From: Eledone cirrhosa
Lineage: Eukaryota
NCBI GenBank assembly: GCA_964016885.1
Contig: OZ024760.1
Coordinates: 24,056,001 to 24,120,000 of the forward strand
Direction of reading: 5' to 3'
Length of the DNA stretch: 64,000 nt
The notes under the pieces are model-generated. The model saw only the letters and a program-made list of their open reading frames with translations, did not search any database and was not told the DNA's origin. How positions within the stretch are numbered: position 1 is the first letter of the stretch; every line of letters begins with the position of its first letter. The translations under genes and the position numbers were made by a program. This document shows, piece after piece, positions 28,199 through 43,042 of the stretch.

Positions 28199-28813
28199 TA
28201 TATATATATCATCAACATCATTATTTTATGCCAGCTTTTCCCTGCTTGCAAGGGTGGGATGGGTCCTCTTCAACACAGCAGCTCTCCATTCATCACGGTC
28301 CTTCGTCATCTCCTCTGTGAGCTACAGTAATCTAAATATACATTTTAATATACACACACGGGAACTGATTCTGGCTTGATTTCTACAGCTGGATGCCCTT
28401 CCTAACACCAACCTCATTTACAGTGAGTGCTGGGTGCTTTTTTGCCGTGGCACCTCCACGACCACTTTGCAGTGGAATGATAGGGACCCCAGCCCCTATC
28501 ATCTCATTTCTACAGCTGAGTAAACTGGAGCAATGTGAAATAAAGTGTCTTGCTCAAGGAAACAAGACATCGCCCGGTCTGAGAATTGAACTCACAACCT
28601 TTCGATTGCAAGGCCAATGCTCTAACCACTAAGCCATGTGCCTCCATTATATATATATATATATGACTTTCCAACTTGATGATGATGATAATGATATGTA
28701 TAGAATGCAGGCCAATGGGGGGGGGGGGGGGGTTGATGTCAATTATTGGTGTAAAAAGTGGGTCTCATACGTCGAGAAATACAGTATAGAAATAACAACT
28801 GTGCGAAGGATAC

Positions 28814-28893
28814 ACGAGGCCACCTCAAAGACATTGTGGTTCCCTATGACCATAACTGGAGTTTCATCTGTGTCGGAACCATCTTCTGGTAAT
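28814..28893 (-). CDS. DCTN6: DCTN6 exon 4: LPEDGSDTDETPVMVIGNHNVFEVAS(Y)
   Basis: ttttctgtttcag acceptor, U12 donor GTATCCTT; M.IG..NVFEV motif; phases match neighbours. Confidence 0.95.
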
Positions 28894-29420
28894 CTGAAAC
28901 AGAAAATATAGACATCATCATCATCATCATCATCATTTGTGCCAACATTGCCAATGTTATTGTTATCACAACACAGCACTACCCCCCCTAACAAAACCTA
29001 GCCCTGGCCCCGACATAACACAGCACTACCCCCCCTAACAAAACCTAGCCCTACCCCCAACACAACACAGTAGTACCCCCCCAACAAAACCTAGCCCTAC
29101 CCCCAACAAACCCTAGCCCTACGCCCAACATAACACACCACTACCCTCCAACAAAACCTAGCCCTACCCCCAACATAACACACCACTACCCCCCAACAAA
29201 ACCTAGCCCTACCCCCAACAAAACCTAGCCCTACCCCCAAACACAACACAGTACTGCCGCCCAACAAAACCTAGCCCTACCCCCCCAACACAACACAGCA
29301 CTACCACCCAACAAAACCTAGCCCTACCCCCCAACACAACACAGCACTACCCCATAACAAAACCTAGCCCTACCCCCAAACATAAAGTACTAACCCCAAA
29401 TAAAATAGTACCCAACTTAC

Positions 29421-29526
29421 TTGTTAATAATGTGTACCCCTTCTTCAATCAAGTTGCTCTCACCGATGATAATGGGACCAGCTTCTGCCACAATCCTCGC
29501 CTTAGGGTGGATGATGGTGCGGGCAC
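29421..29526 (-). CDS. DCTN6: DCTN6 exon 3: [34 protein letters not shown](K)
   Basis: ttgttttcag acceptor, GTAAGT donor; diagnostic HPKARI.AEAGPI.IGE.NLIEE motif of DCTN6. Confidence 0.97.
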
Positions 29527-31074
29527 CTGAAAACAAGGCTCAGAGGTCACATGATAGGTCACCCAGGACAGAGTAACTAGAGGTCAAATTGTTGGAGTTA
29601 AACCCCCTTGTACCGATCGTTTATTTTACATATATATATATACATGGCTTAGTGGTTAGAGCATTGGGCTTGCAATCGAAAGGTTGTGAGTTCAATTCTC
29701 AGACCGAGTGATGTGTTGTTTCCTTGAGCAAGACACTTTATTTCACATTTCTCCAGTTTACTCAGCTGTAGAAATGAGATGATAGGGCTGGGGTCTCTAT
29801 CATTCCACTGCAAAGTGGTTGTGAGGGTGCCACGGCAAAAAAGCACCCAGCCCACACTGTAAAGTGGAAGTGTAGGTGCCACGGGAAAAAAGCACCCAGC
29901 ACTCACTGTAAATGAGGTTGGTGTTAGGAAGGGCATCCAGCTGTAGAAATCAAGCCAAAATCAGTTCCTGTATGAGCAAGGCATGGTCAGCCGACCAGAC
30001 ACTGCCCACAACAGGACAACCCGTCTAACCCATGCTAGCATGGAAGAACGGATGTAAAACAGTGATGATGATGATATATATATATTTATACACATATTTA
30101 TACACACACACATACATACACATATATATACACATATATGCATACATATATATATATAGTATTGGAGTGTCAGGCTTATAATCGAAAGGTTCTGAGTTCA
30201 ATTCTCAGACCGGGTGATGTGTTGTGTCCTTGAGCAAGACACTTTATTTCCCGTTGCTCCAGTTCACTCAGCTGTAGAAATGAGTTGTGATGTCACTGGT
30301 GCCAAGCTTTATCATTGACTTTCCCTTGGACAACATCATATATAGTATAGTGTATATATATAGAGAGAGTATCATCATTTCATCATCATTTCATTTTACG
30401 TCCACTTTTCCCTGCTTGCAAGGGTGGGACGGGAACTGATTCTGGCTTGATTTCTACAGCTGGATGCCCTTCCTAACACCAACCTCATTTACAGTGAGTG
30501 CTGGGTGCGTTTTTTCCATGGCACCTCCACGACCACTTTGCAGTGGAATGATATGGACCCCAGTCCCTATCATCTCATTTCTACAGCTGAGTAAACTGGA
30601 GCAATGTGAAATAAAGTGCCTTGCTCAAGGAAACAACACATCACCCGCTCTGAGAATTGAACCTTTCGATTGCAAGGCCAATGCTCTAACCACTAAGCCA
30701 TGTGCCTCCATGAGTATATAGTGTATATATAGACAGTATATAGTGTGTATATAGAGAGTACATAGTATATGTTGTGACATCACTGGTGCCAAGCTGTATC
30801 GGTCATTGCCTTTCCCTTGGACAACATCGGTGGTGTGAAGGGGGGAGGCTAGCATGTATGGATGACAGCTGGTCTTCCAAAAACAAACCTTGCCCAGATT
30901 TGTGGCTTGGAGGGAAACTTTCTAGGTGCAAATCTCATGGTCATTCCTGATGAGACAGGATGGTCATGGCAGGAAAGTCTTTGCTCTTAGATCGACTGGG
31001 AAGTCAGACGTCTATGTCAGCCTCATCTGTCTTCGTGAAACCTTTGGTAAATGAAATAATTATCTTATGTTGTT

Positions 31075-31111
<37 letters not shown>

Positions 31112-31167
31112 ATTAAACAAATGGAAACTATATTTATAAAACCATATTTATTTCATTATACATATTT

Positions 31168-31225
31168 CTGAAGAAGGCATGCCATATTTTTAATATGGTA
31201 TCCCCGAAATATGTATAATGAAATA
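31168..31225 (+). ncRNA. Family A hammerhead core (CTGAAGA variant) whose 5' stem I strand is replaced by an inversion
   Basis: CTGAAGA-AGGCATGCCATATTTTTAATATGGTATCCCC-GAAA-TATGTA-TA-ATGAAATA; 31108-31168 is the reverse complement of the downstream sequence. Confidence 0.7.
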
Positions 31226-31352
31226 AATATGGTTTTATAAATATAGTTTCCATTTGTTTAATATCGTATATCTAATCCAAAACTTGTTGAGTGCTTTATA
31301 TCAGTTATAAAATATTTACTTGTTGTAACCCAACAATTTTAAATAAAACTTT

Positions 31353-31393
<41 letters not shown>

Positions 31394-32683
31394 CTAAAAA
31401 GCTCTGTAGCCTACATAGAGCACTCTCTTTTTCTTTACAACAATAACAACACAACCACCATTTCTGCAACTATTTATATCCCCATCCCATCACCACCACC
31501 ATCATCATCACTGCATCTCATAAACACTACAACCACTATCATTACTACTACCACCGCCACCACCACCACTACTACAACTACAACCACCACCACCACCATC
31601 ATCACTGCATCTCCTAAACACTACCACCACTACAACGACCAACACCACCACCACCACCACCACCACAACTACTATCACTACCACCATCATCATCACTGCA
31701 TCTCATAAACACTACCACCACTACAACTACAACCACCACCACTACAACCACTATCACTACTACTACAACGACGACCACCACCACCACCATCACCATCATC
31801 ATCACTGCATCTCCTAAACACTACCACCACCACCACCATCACTGCATCTCCTAAACACTACCACCACTACAACTACAACCACCACCACTACAACCACTAT
31901 CACTACTACTACAACGACGACCACCACCACCACCACCACCATCACCATCACTGCATCTCCTAAACACTACCACCACCACCACCACCATCACTGCATCTCC
32001 TAAACACTACCACCACTACAACTACAACCACCACCACTACAACCACTATCACTACTACCACCACCACCACCATCACCACTCATCATCATCATGTAATGAT
32101 CAGAGACCCCCCTCCTCCATCTCCTCTCACCATCACTCGACAGTAGTAGCCAGAGGAGTGAGGACAGAGAGAGGAGGAGAAGGAGGAAGAGGAGGAAGAG
32201 GAGAAGGAGGAGAAGGAGGAAGAGAGTGAGAGATCAGCTGTGAAATATCACACCTGGCACTTCACCAGGTGAGTCTACATGGATACGCGCGTGTGTGTGC
32301 GTGTATGTGTCTGTATGTGCATGCGTGTATGTGCATGTGTGCGTATGTGCATGTGCGTGTATGTGAGTGTATGTGCATGTGTGTGTATGTGCGTGTGCGT
32401 ATGTGCATGTGCATGTGTGTATGTGCGTGTGTGTGTATGTCCGTATATGTGTGTGTATGTGCATGTGTATGTATGTGCGTGTATGTACATATGTGTGTGT
32501 GTGTATGTGCGTATATGTGTGTGTATGTGCGTATATGTGTGTGTGTATGTGCGTGTGTGTGCATATGTGTGTATGTGCATGCGTGTTTATGTGTATGTTG
32601 TATTGGTGTGGGCATATGTGCTTCACGCTGTATGTGTATCCAATATTATATATACACACACACATATATATATATATATACAC

Positions 32684-32733
<50 letters not shown>

Positions 32734-32779
32734 ATATACATGTATATATATATATATACACATGTATATATATATATAT

Positions 32780-32825
<46 letters not shown>

Positions 32826-33046
32826 TCATCATCATCGTTTAACGTCCATCTTCCACGCTTACATGGGTTTGGATATATATATACATGTATATATATATAC
32901 ACATGTATATATTTATATACGCATATACACATATGTGTGTGTATATATATATACACACATATACACATGTATATATATATAAACACATATATATATACAC
33001 ATATATATAAATATACACATATATAAATACACACATATATATAAAT

Positions 33047-33095
<49 letters not shown>

Positions 33096-33211
33096 TATAC
33101 ACATATATATATATATACACATATGTATATATTATATACACATATATTGTCCCACCCTTGCAAGCAGGGAAAAGGCGGACGTAAAATGAAATGAAGATGA
33201 TATATATACAC

Positions 33212-33242
<31 letters not shown>

Positions 33243-33379
33243 TATAGACATGTATATATATATACATATATACACATATATATAGACATGTATATATATA
33301 TACACATATATATAGACATGTATATATATACATATATATACAAATATATACACATATATATACACACACACACATATAT

Positions 33380-33414
<35 letters not shown>

Positions 33415-33649
33415 CACACATACATACATACATATATACACATATATATACATACATACATATATACACACACATATATATATATATACATACATACACA
33501 CATATATATATATATACATACATACACATATACACATATATACATACATACACATATACACATATATATATATACATACATATATATATACATATATACA
33601 CATATATATATACATATATACACATATATATATACATATATACATATAT

Positions 33650-33686
<37 letters not shown>

Positions 33687-34037
33687 TACACATATATATA
33701 TATACATATATACACATATATATATATATATACATACATACATATATATATATATATACATACATACATACACATATATATATATATACATACATACACA
33801 TATATATATATATACATACATACATACATACACATATATATATATATACATACATACACATATATATATATACATACATACACATATACATACATACATA
33901 CACATATATATACATACATACATACACATATATATACATACATACATACACATATATATACATACATACATACACATATATATACATACATACATACATA
34001 CACATATATATACATACATACATACATACACATATAT

Positions 34038-34080
<43 letters not shown>

Positions 34081-34309
34081 CACCAAAACAACAAATAACA
34101 AACCCTGTCACCTGATTACGTAACCAACAAACCAACCAACCAACACCAGGCAACCACTTCACTTATCTCACCTCCTCTCACTTATACTCCTATACTGTTT
34201 TCTAATGAGGAAGGTGGGGAGTCCAGAGATGGTGGGGAAGGTGGAGTGTTGAAACATACAAACATAAACACACACATATAGCTATATGTACAGAGAAAAA
34301 CGCAAAGAC

Positions 34310-37300
34310 ATTTTTGTTGTGGCACCTGTACCACCTTACAGAGTGGACTGGGTGCTATTTTTCATGGAGACCAGTACTACCATCTCCTTACAGAGTGGAC
34401 TGGGTGCTATTTTTCATGGAGACCAGTACTACCATCTCCTTACAGAGTGGACTGGGTGCTATTTGTCATGGTACCAGCTCTACCACCTTACAGGGTGGAC
34501 TGTGTTTTGTTTATTTTGTTGTGGCCCCAGCACAACCACCTTACAGAGTGGACTGGGTGCTATTTGTCATGGAACCAGTTCTACCACCTTACAGAGTGGA
34601 CCGGGTGCTATTTGTCATGGTACCAGGTCTACCACCTTACAGAGTGGACTGTGTGTTTTATTTTGCTGTGGCACCAACACTATCACCTTACAGAGTGGAC
34701 TGGGTGCTATTTGTCATAGCACCATCACTACCACCTTACAGAGTGGACTGGGTGCTATTTGTCCTGGAACCAGCACTGTAACCTTGCAGAATGGACTAGA
34801 TCTTTTTTGCATTGGTACCAGTACTACCACCTTACAGGGTGGACTGGGTGCTATTTGTAATAGCACCAGTACTACCACCTTACAGAGTGGATTGGGTCCT
34901 CTTTATCATGGCAGCAGTTCTACCACCTGACAGAGTGGACTGTGTTTTATTTATTTTGTTGTGGCATCATCACTACCACCTTACAGAGTGTACCGGGTGC
35001 TATTTGTCATGGAACCAGCACTGTAACCTTACAGAATGGACTAGGTCTTTTTTGTCATGGTACCAGTACTACCACCTTACAGAGTGGACTGGATCCTTTT
35101 CACAATTGCACCAGTACCTTACAAAGTGGACAGGCTTTCTTTTTGTTGTGACACCAACCCTACAACCTTACAGGATAGACTCAGTGCTTTTTGTTGTGAC
35201 ACCATCACTACCACCTTACAGGATAGACTCAGTGCTTTTTGTTGTGACAAGCATAAACGAACTAAGGAAAATATTAGAGATAAGAGGGATCAGATGTTGT
35301 TTACTCGAGAGAAGGCTACGTTGGTATGGACACGTGATGCGCATGAAAGTCGATAGCTGTATAACAAAGTGCAGGGCAATAAAGATAGACGGTAGTCACG
35401 GAATAGGCAGACCTAGAAAAACCTGGGACGAGCTGATAAACTCCGACATCACACACTTACACCTCTCCAAGACAATGTCACTGGACCGAGACCTTTGGCG
35501 GTACTCAGTAACAGAGAAGACCCGCCTTACCTAAATATATAGTAAAACCTACTCCAGCCAGTAGGCATCTCTAACAAAATACACCCCGTCCCACCACCAC
35601 CACCCCCACCCCATCCACACCACCCCGTTCTATGTAAAGTTATGTTGGTGCCGCGCCATCGAGGCCGAAACAAATGAGATCGTGTAGGTGTCACGACAAA
35701 AAACACACAGTCCACGCTGTAATGTGGCCGTGTAGGCAACACGGTAAAAACCTCCCAGACCCACACTGTAAATGTGGTTGGTGTTAGGAAGGGTATCCAA
35801 CTGTAGAAAACCCGCCAGACAGTCCTATGCGAGCAAGACAATCACTCTTGCCTCAAGTGGGACTACCCCCGTCCAAACCCATGCAAGCGTGGAACACGGA
35901 CGTTAAACGTTGATGATGATGATGATCATCATCATCACTACCACCTCATCAACTACCACTCTTACAGGGTGGACTGGGTGCTTTTTGTTGTGACACCATC
36001 AATACACACTTACAGGATGGACTGGGTGCTTTTTGTTGTGACACCATCACTACCACCTTACAGGATGGACTGGGTGCTTTTTGTTGTGACATCATCACTA
36101 CCACCTTACAGGATGGACTGGGTGCTTTTTGTTGTGACATCATCACTACCACCTTACAGGGTGGACTGAGTGCTTTTTGTTGTGACACCATCATACCACC
36201 TTACAGGGTGGACTGAGTGCTTTTTTGTTGTGACATCATCAAAACCACCTTACATGGTGGACTGGGTGCTTTTTGTTGTGACATCATCACTACCACCTTA
36301 CAGGATGGACTGGGTGCTTTTTGTTGTGACATCATCACTACCACCTTACAGGGTGGACTGGGTGCTTTTTGTTGTGACATCATCACTACCACCTTACAGG
36401 GTGGACTGAGTGCTTTATTGGTTGTGACATCATCAAAACCACCTTACATGGTGGACTGGGTGCTTTTTGTTGTGACATCATCACTACTACCACCTTACAG
36501 GGTGGACTGGGTGCTTTTTGTCTGGACATCATCACTACCACCTTACAGGATGGGACTGGGTGCTTTTTGTTGTGACACCATCACTACCACCTTACAGGAT
36601 GGACTGGGTGCTTTTGTTGTGACACCATCACTACCACCTTTACAGGATGGACTGGGTGCTTTTTGTCTGTGACATCATCACTACCACCTTACAGGATGGA
36701 CTGGGTGCTTTTTGTTTGTGACACATCACTACCACCTTACAGGGTGGACTGGGTGCTTTTTGTTGTGACACCATCACAATACCACCTTACAGGGTGGACT
36801 GAGTGCTTTTTGTTGTGACATCATCAATACCACCTTATAGGGTGGACTGAGTGCTTTTTGTTGTGACATCATCAATACCCACCTTACAGGGTGGACTGGG
36901 TGCTTTTTGTTGTGACAACCATCAATACCCACCTTATAGGGTGGACTGAGTGCTTTTTGTTGTGACATCATCAATACCACCTTTACAGGGTGGACTGGGT
37001 GCTTTTTGTTGTGACACATCAATACCACCTTACAGGGTGGACTGAGTGCTTTTTGTTGTGACACCACTTCAATATCCACCTTACAGGGTGGACTGAGTGC
37101 TTTTTGTTGTGACATCATCACTACCACCTTACAGGATGGACTGGGTGCTTTTTTGTTGTGACATCATCACTACCACCTTACAGGATGGACTGGGTGCTTT
37201 TTGTTGTGACATCATCACTACCACCTTACAGGGTGGACTGAGTGCTTTTGTTGTGACACCATCAATACCACCTTACAGGGTGGACTGGGTGCTTTTTGTT

Positions 37301-38460
37301 GTGACACCATCACTACCACCTTACAGGATGGACTGGGTGCTTTTTGTTGTGACATCATCACTACCACCTTACAGGGTGGACTGGGTGCTTTTTTTGTGTG
37401 ACACCATCAATACCACCTTACAGGGTGGACTGGGTGCTTTTTGTTGTGACACCATCACTACCACCTTACAGGATGGACTGGGTGCTTTTTGTTGTGACAT
37501 CATCACTACCACCTTACAGGGTGGACTGGGTGCTTTTTGTTGTGACACCATCAATACCACCTTACAGGGTGGACAGTGCTTTTTGTTGTGACACCATCAC
37601 TACCACCTTACAGGATGGACTGGGTGCTTTTTGTTGTGACATCATCACTACCCACCTTACAGGATGGACTGGGGTGCTTTTTGTTGTGACACCATCACTA
37701 CCACCTTACAGGGTGGACTGGGTGCTTTTTGTTGTGACACCATCACTACCACCTTACAGGATGGACTGGGTGCTTTTTGTTGTGACATCATCACTACCAC
37801 CTTATAGGGTGGACTGGGTGCTTTTTGTTGTGACACCATCAATACCACCTTACAGGGTGGACTGGTGCTTTTTGTTGTGACACCATCACTACCACCTTAC
37901 AGGATGGACTGGGTGCTTTTTGTTGTGACATCATCACTACCACCTTACATGGTGGACTGAGTGCTTTTTGTTGTGACACCATCAATACCACCTTACAGGG
38001 GTGGACTGGGTGCTTTTTGTTGTGACACCATCACTACCACCTTACAGGATGGACTGGGTGCTTTTTGTTGTGACATCATCACTACCACCTTACAGGATGG
38101 ACTGGGTGCTTTTTGTTGTGACACCATCACTACCACCTTACAGGGTGGACTGGGTGCTTTTTGTTGTGACACCATCACTACCACCTTACAGGATGGACTG
38201 GGTGCTTTTTGTTGTGACATCATCACTACCACCTTATAGGGTGGACTGAGTGCTTTTTGTTGTGACACCATCACTACCACCTTACAGGGTGGACTGGGTG
38301 CTTTTTGTTGTGACATCATCACTACCGACCTTACAGGGTGGACTGGGTGCTTTTTGTTGTGACACCATCAATACCACCTTACATGGTGGACAGTGCTTTT
38401 TGTTGTGACACCATCAATACCACCTTACAGGGTGGACTGGGTGCTTTTTTGTGTGGCACC
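34310..38460 (-). repeat. 48-bp minisatellite (diverged 34310-35250, homogeneous 35955-38460) interrupted by an RTE
   Basis: TTACAGGRTGGACTGGGTGCTTTTTGTTGTGACAYCATCACTACCACC. Confidence 0.95.
35250..35927 (+). mobile_element. RTE-clade LINE 3' end with 3' UTR
   Basis: ERRLRWYGHVMRM...GRPRKTW...DRDLWR then a UTR ending GGACGTTAAACGT(TGA)n; near-identical 3' part at 51035-51500. Confidence 0.85.
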
Positions 38461-39062
38461 AATACTAGGAGAGTAGGCGAAGTCTTATACACACAAAAAT
38501 ATCTAAAAGCTCATACACACACACAACCACTCACACCTTCACACACATGCACAGAAATATAGGACACACTCAAACTCACAAACACAACACAAATATAGAT
38601 ACACACACAAACACACTCACACCTTCACACACACACAAACACACTCACACATTCAGACACAACACAAATATAGATACACACACACAGCTTCACACACCAC
38701 AAACACACACAACACAAATATAAATACACACACAAACACACACAACACAAATATAGATACACACACACAAACACACAACAACACAAATATAGATACACAC
38801 ACAAACACACACAACACAAATATAGATACACACACAAACACACACAAATATAGATACACACACAAACACACACCTTCAACACATAAACACACTCACAGCT
38901 TCACACACACAAACAACACAACTATAGATACACACACAAACACACACATTCAACACGATAAACACACTCACAGCTTCAACACACAAACACACTCACACCT
39001 TCACACACATAACACAACTATAGATACACACACAGACACAGAAGAGAAGGAATGTCACTCAC

Positions 39063-39127
39063 CTATTGATATATCCCCAATTAAATCACATTCTTTACAA
39101 ACAATGGCCATTGGAGCAATTTTGATG
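39063..39127 (-). CDS. DCTN6: DCTN6 exon 2: IKIAPMAIVCKECDLIGDISI(G)
   Basis: Acceptor cttttcctcctcag-like pyrimidine tract, donor G|GTGAGT; resembles vertebrate [22 protein letters not shown]. Confidence 0.95.
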
Positions 39128-39354
39128 CTGAGGAGGAAAGAGAGAGAGAGAGATAAGCAATCATCATCATCGTTTATATAAAGATGTGTATATTTAACAT
39201 CATCATCATCATTTAATGTCTATCTTCCACGCTAGCATGGGTTAGACAGGAATTGTCCCACTTGAGGCAAGATTGATCAGGTGACCATGTCTTGCTCGTA
39301 TAGGGCTGTATCTGGCAGCTTTTCTACGACTGGATGCCCTTCCTAACACCAACG

Positions 39355-39965
39355 ACATTTACAGTGTGGACTGGGAGCCTTTTTACCATGTCTCCTACAC
39401 GACCACTTTACAGACGGGACTGGGTGATTTTTTTTTTTGTCATGACACCTACAAAACCACTTTACAGTGTGGACTGGGAGCCTTTGTACTATGTCTCCAA
39501 CATGACCACTTTACAGTGTGGACTGGGAGCCTTTTTACTATGTCTCCAACATGACCACTTTACAGTGTGGACTGGGAGCCTTTGTACTGTCTCCAACATG
39601 ACCACTTTACAGTGTGGACTGGGAGCCTTTTTACTGTGTCTCCTACATGACCACTTTACAGTGTGCACTGGGAGCCTTTGTACTATGTCTCCAACATGAC
39701 CACTTTACAGTGTGGACTGGGAGCCTTTTTACTATGTCTCCAACATGACCACATTACAGTGTGGACTGGGAGCCTTTTTACTATGTCTCCAACATGACCA
39801 CTTTACAGTGTGGACTGAGAACCTTTTTACTATGTCTCCAACATGACCACTTTACAGTGTGGACTGGGAGCCTTTTTACTATGTCTCCAACATGACCACT
39901 TTACAGTGTGGACTGGGAGCCTCTTTACCAGTGTGGACTGGGAGCCTCTTTACCAGCGTGAACTG
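39355..39965 (-). repeat. About 49-bp minisatellite inside an RTE 3' UTR copy
   Basis: TTACAGTGTGGACTGGGAGCCTTTTTACTATGTCTCCAACATGACCACT. Confidence 0.9.
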
Positions 39966-40080
39966 GGTGTTTTTTTGTCGTGACACCGACACAGCCTCTT
40001 TAGTTTGGATTGGATGTTGTGGTACCAACATAACTTTACAGAGAAAGGGTGGTGTTGGGGGAGTGGGAGGATGGAGTAGG

Positions 40081-40114
<34 letters not shown>

Positions 40115-41502
40115 CATATTTATATATACATATGCCTGGTGGTCATCGATCTGTCCAGTTCGTTAGTCTACCAGGACATCAGGAAAAAAATTATACATTT
40201 TCTATATATTTTGTCTGAGGACAACATGTTCCAAGGTTTTATTAAAATTAAATTAGAAAGTCGATTGACATATATACATATATATATATGTCAATCGACT
40301 TTTTAATTTAATTTTATATATATCATCATCATCATCATCATCATCATCGTTTAACGTCCATGTTCCACGCTTGCATGGGTTTATATATATATAAAATAAA
40401 CATATCAAGCTTAGACAGGGGATAAAGTGTAAAGAGTGTAAACACACATAGTTACGAGAGTAACATATTATATATATATATATATATAGTAATAATAATT
40501 AGACCAAAATCCGAAGAGGGTTTGATAAGGATTCAATATATATATATATATTCAATCCTTATCAAGCCCTTGTATTATTATATTACACTCTGTCTAGCTC
40601 TACACCTCGCCACTGATGACAACCTAAACATCGAGTGCTCACCTGGGTGAACCTACAGTAACTTCAAGTTACACTCCCTGGATATATCATTTCATTTTAC
40701 GTCCGCTTTTCCCTGCTTGCAAGGGTGGGATGGGAACTGATTCTGACTTGATTTCTACAGCTGGATGCCCTTCCTAACACCAACCTCATTTACAGTGAGT
40801 GCTGGGTGCTCTTTTGCCGTGGCGCCTACACGTCCACTTTACAGTGTGGGCTGGGTGATTTTTTGCCGTGGCACCTCCACGACCACTTTACAGTGTGGGC
40901 TGGGTGCTTTTTTGCCGTGGCACCTCCACAACCACTTTGCAGTGGAATAATAGGGACCCCAGCTGAGTAAGCTGTTGTGTAACCTTTTCTACCTAACTCG
41001 TCCCATGGACTGAGTGCTCTACCACTACGGATATTACCTTCCAGTGTTCTACTACTATATATATATATATAAAATCTGGATGGAATCTGTTTGAAACTGG
41101 TTAAACCATTACCCATTAGTTAACAGAGTACTCAATACTTGGGGTAGTAGAGTATTGTTATATTATAAAGAGTCGGGACCCAACAGCTGAGCTCTTGCCA
41201 TTTCAACTGCTAGTTCCAGCTGGAAAATCCTTGGCAACACACAGGATGATGACCTCATGACCAACAAAGGGTTCCATCAAGAAAGCCACCAATATGTGTC
41301 TAACGCCATGAGCAAGTGTCAACTTGGCTGGTGAGAGACATTAATCAGGTCCTGGGATACATGGCACTGCTCCCAGGTGAGAGACATTATTCAGGTCCTA
41401 TATTGGTACCTACATGGAAAGGCGCAAAGAGGACGTCCCAAGATGAACGGGTGACAAATAATCAACAGAAACCTGAAACCCATCAACAAAAGTTGTAACG
41501 AT

Positions 41503-42722
41503 TTATTGATAAATGTAACTGACTGTGGTCATTGGAGCATTTTGGCTGCCTCATGTGTCTCCAGACATGGGATGTATTGTTAAATGTAACTGACCGTAGT
41601 GGACATTGGAGCACTTTGGCTGCCTCATGTGTCTCAAAACATGGGATGTATTGATAAATGTAACTGACTGTGGTCATTGGAGCACTTTGGCTGCCTCATG
41701 TGTCTCAAGACATGGGATGTATCGATAAATGTAACTGACTGTGGTCATTGGAGAATTTTGGCTGCCGCAAGTGTCTCAAGACATGGGATGTATTGATAAA
41801 TGTAACTCACTGTGGTCATTGGAGCACTTCGGCTGCCTCAAGTGTCTCAAGACATGGGATGTATTGATAAATGTAACTGACTGTGGTGCTCATTGGAACA
41901 CTTTGGCTGCCTCATGTGTCTCAAGACATGGGAAGTATTGTTAGATGGAACTGACCATGGTGGTCATTGGAGCACTTTGGCTGCCTCATGTGTCTCACGG
42001 CATAGGATGTATTGATAAATGTAACTGACCGTAGTGGTCATTGGAGCACTTTGGCTGCCTTATGTGTCTCAAGACATGGGATGTATTGATAGATGTAACT
42101 GACTGTGGTCATTGGAACACTTTGGCTGCCTCATGTGTCTCAAGACATGGGATGTATTGATAAATGTAACTGACTGTGGTCATTAGAGCACTTTGGCTGC
42201 CTCATGTGTCTCAAGGCATAGGATGTATTGATAAATGTAACTGACCGTAGTGGTCATTGGAGCACTTTGGCTGCCTCATGTGTCTCAAGACATGGGATGT
42301 ATTGATAAATGTAACTGACTGTGGTCATTGGAACACTTTGGCTGCCTTATGTGTCTCAAGACATGGGATGTATTGATAGATGTAACTGACCATGGTTGTC
42401 ATTGGAGCACTTTGGCTGCCTCATGTGTCTCAAGACATGGGATGTATTGATAGATGTAACTGACTGTGGTCATTGGAGCACTTTGGCTGCCTCATGTGTC
42501 TCAAGACATGGGATGTATTGATAAATGTAATTGACTGTGGTCATTAGAGCACTTTGGCTGCCTCATGTGTCTCAAGACATGGGATATATTGATAAATGTA
42601 ACTGACTGTGGTCATTGGAGCACTTTGGCTGCCTCATGTGTCTCAAGACATGGGATGTATTGATAGATGTAACTGAGTGTGGTCATTAGAGCACTTTGGC
42701 TGCTTCGCGTGTCTCAAGACAG
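41503..42722 (+). repeat. Minisatellite, 71-74-bp unit, about 17 copies
   Basis: ATTGATAAATGTAACTGACTGTGGTCATTGGAGCACTTTGGCTGCCTCATGTGTCTCAAGACATGGGATGT. Confidence 0.95.
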
Positions 42723-43000
42723 GGAAGCCTCTAAGTGAGATTTGGTAGCTATTTCTACAAACTTAAGAGACAAGGTAGAGGCACATGTGTGCGTGTGTAT
42801 GTGCATTTAAGTGCACATGTGTATGCAGTTGTGTCTGTGTGTCAGTCAGTCTGTGTGTGACTGTTTATGTATGTGCATCTGTGTATGTGTGTCTGGGTGG
42901 GTCAGAGTGTCAGTGTCTGTGTATGCTGTGTGTATGTGTGTCTGGGTGGGTCAGAGTGTCAGTGTCTGTGTATGCTGTGTGTATGTGCATAACAATACAA

Positions 43001-43042
<42 letters not shown>

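Larger units (their letters stand above)
19464..28813 (-). other. U12-type (minor spliceosome) GT-AG intron 4 of DCTN6
   Basis: 5' site GTATCCTTC at 28813 downward; branch site TTTTCCTTAAG at 19485-19475, about 10 nt before the CAG, with no long polypyrimidine tract. Confidence 0.9.

Noticed and set aside
28845-28893. Minus-strand CAGAAGA...GAAACTCCAGTTA hammerhead look-alike
   Set aside because: The core is wrong and the sequence is DCTN6 exon 4.
28970-29400. Telomere-like repeat
   Set aside because: AACCTAGCCCTACCCCC units are not tandem TTAGGG; this is an ordinary minisatellite.
35955-38460. CRISPR-like regular arrays (also 6834, 21395, 41503, 55510)
   Set aside because: No unique spacers and no cas genes; the units are contiguous tandem copies, mostly derived from retroelement tails.
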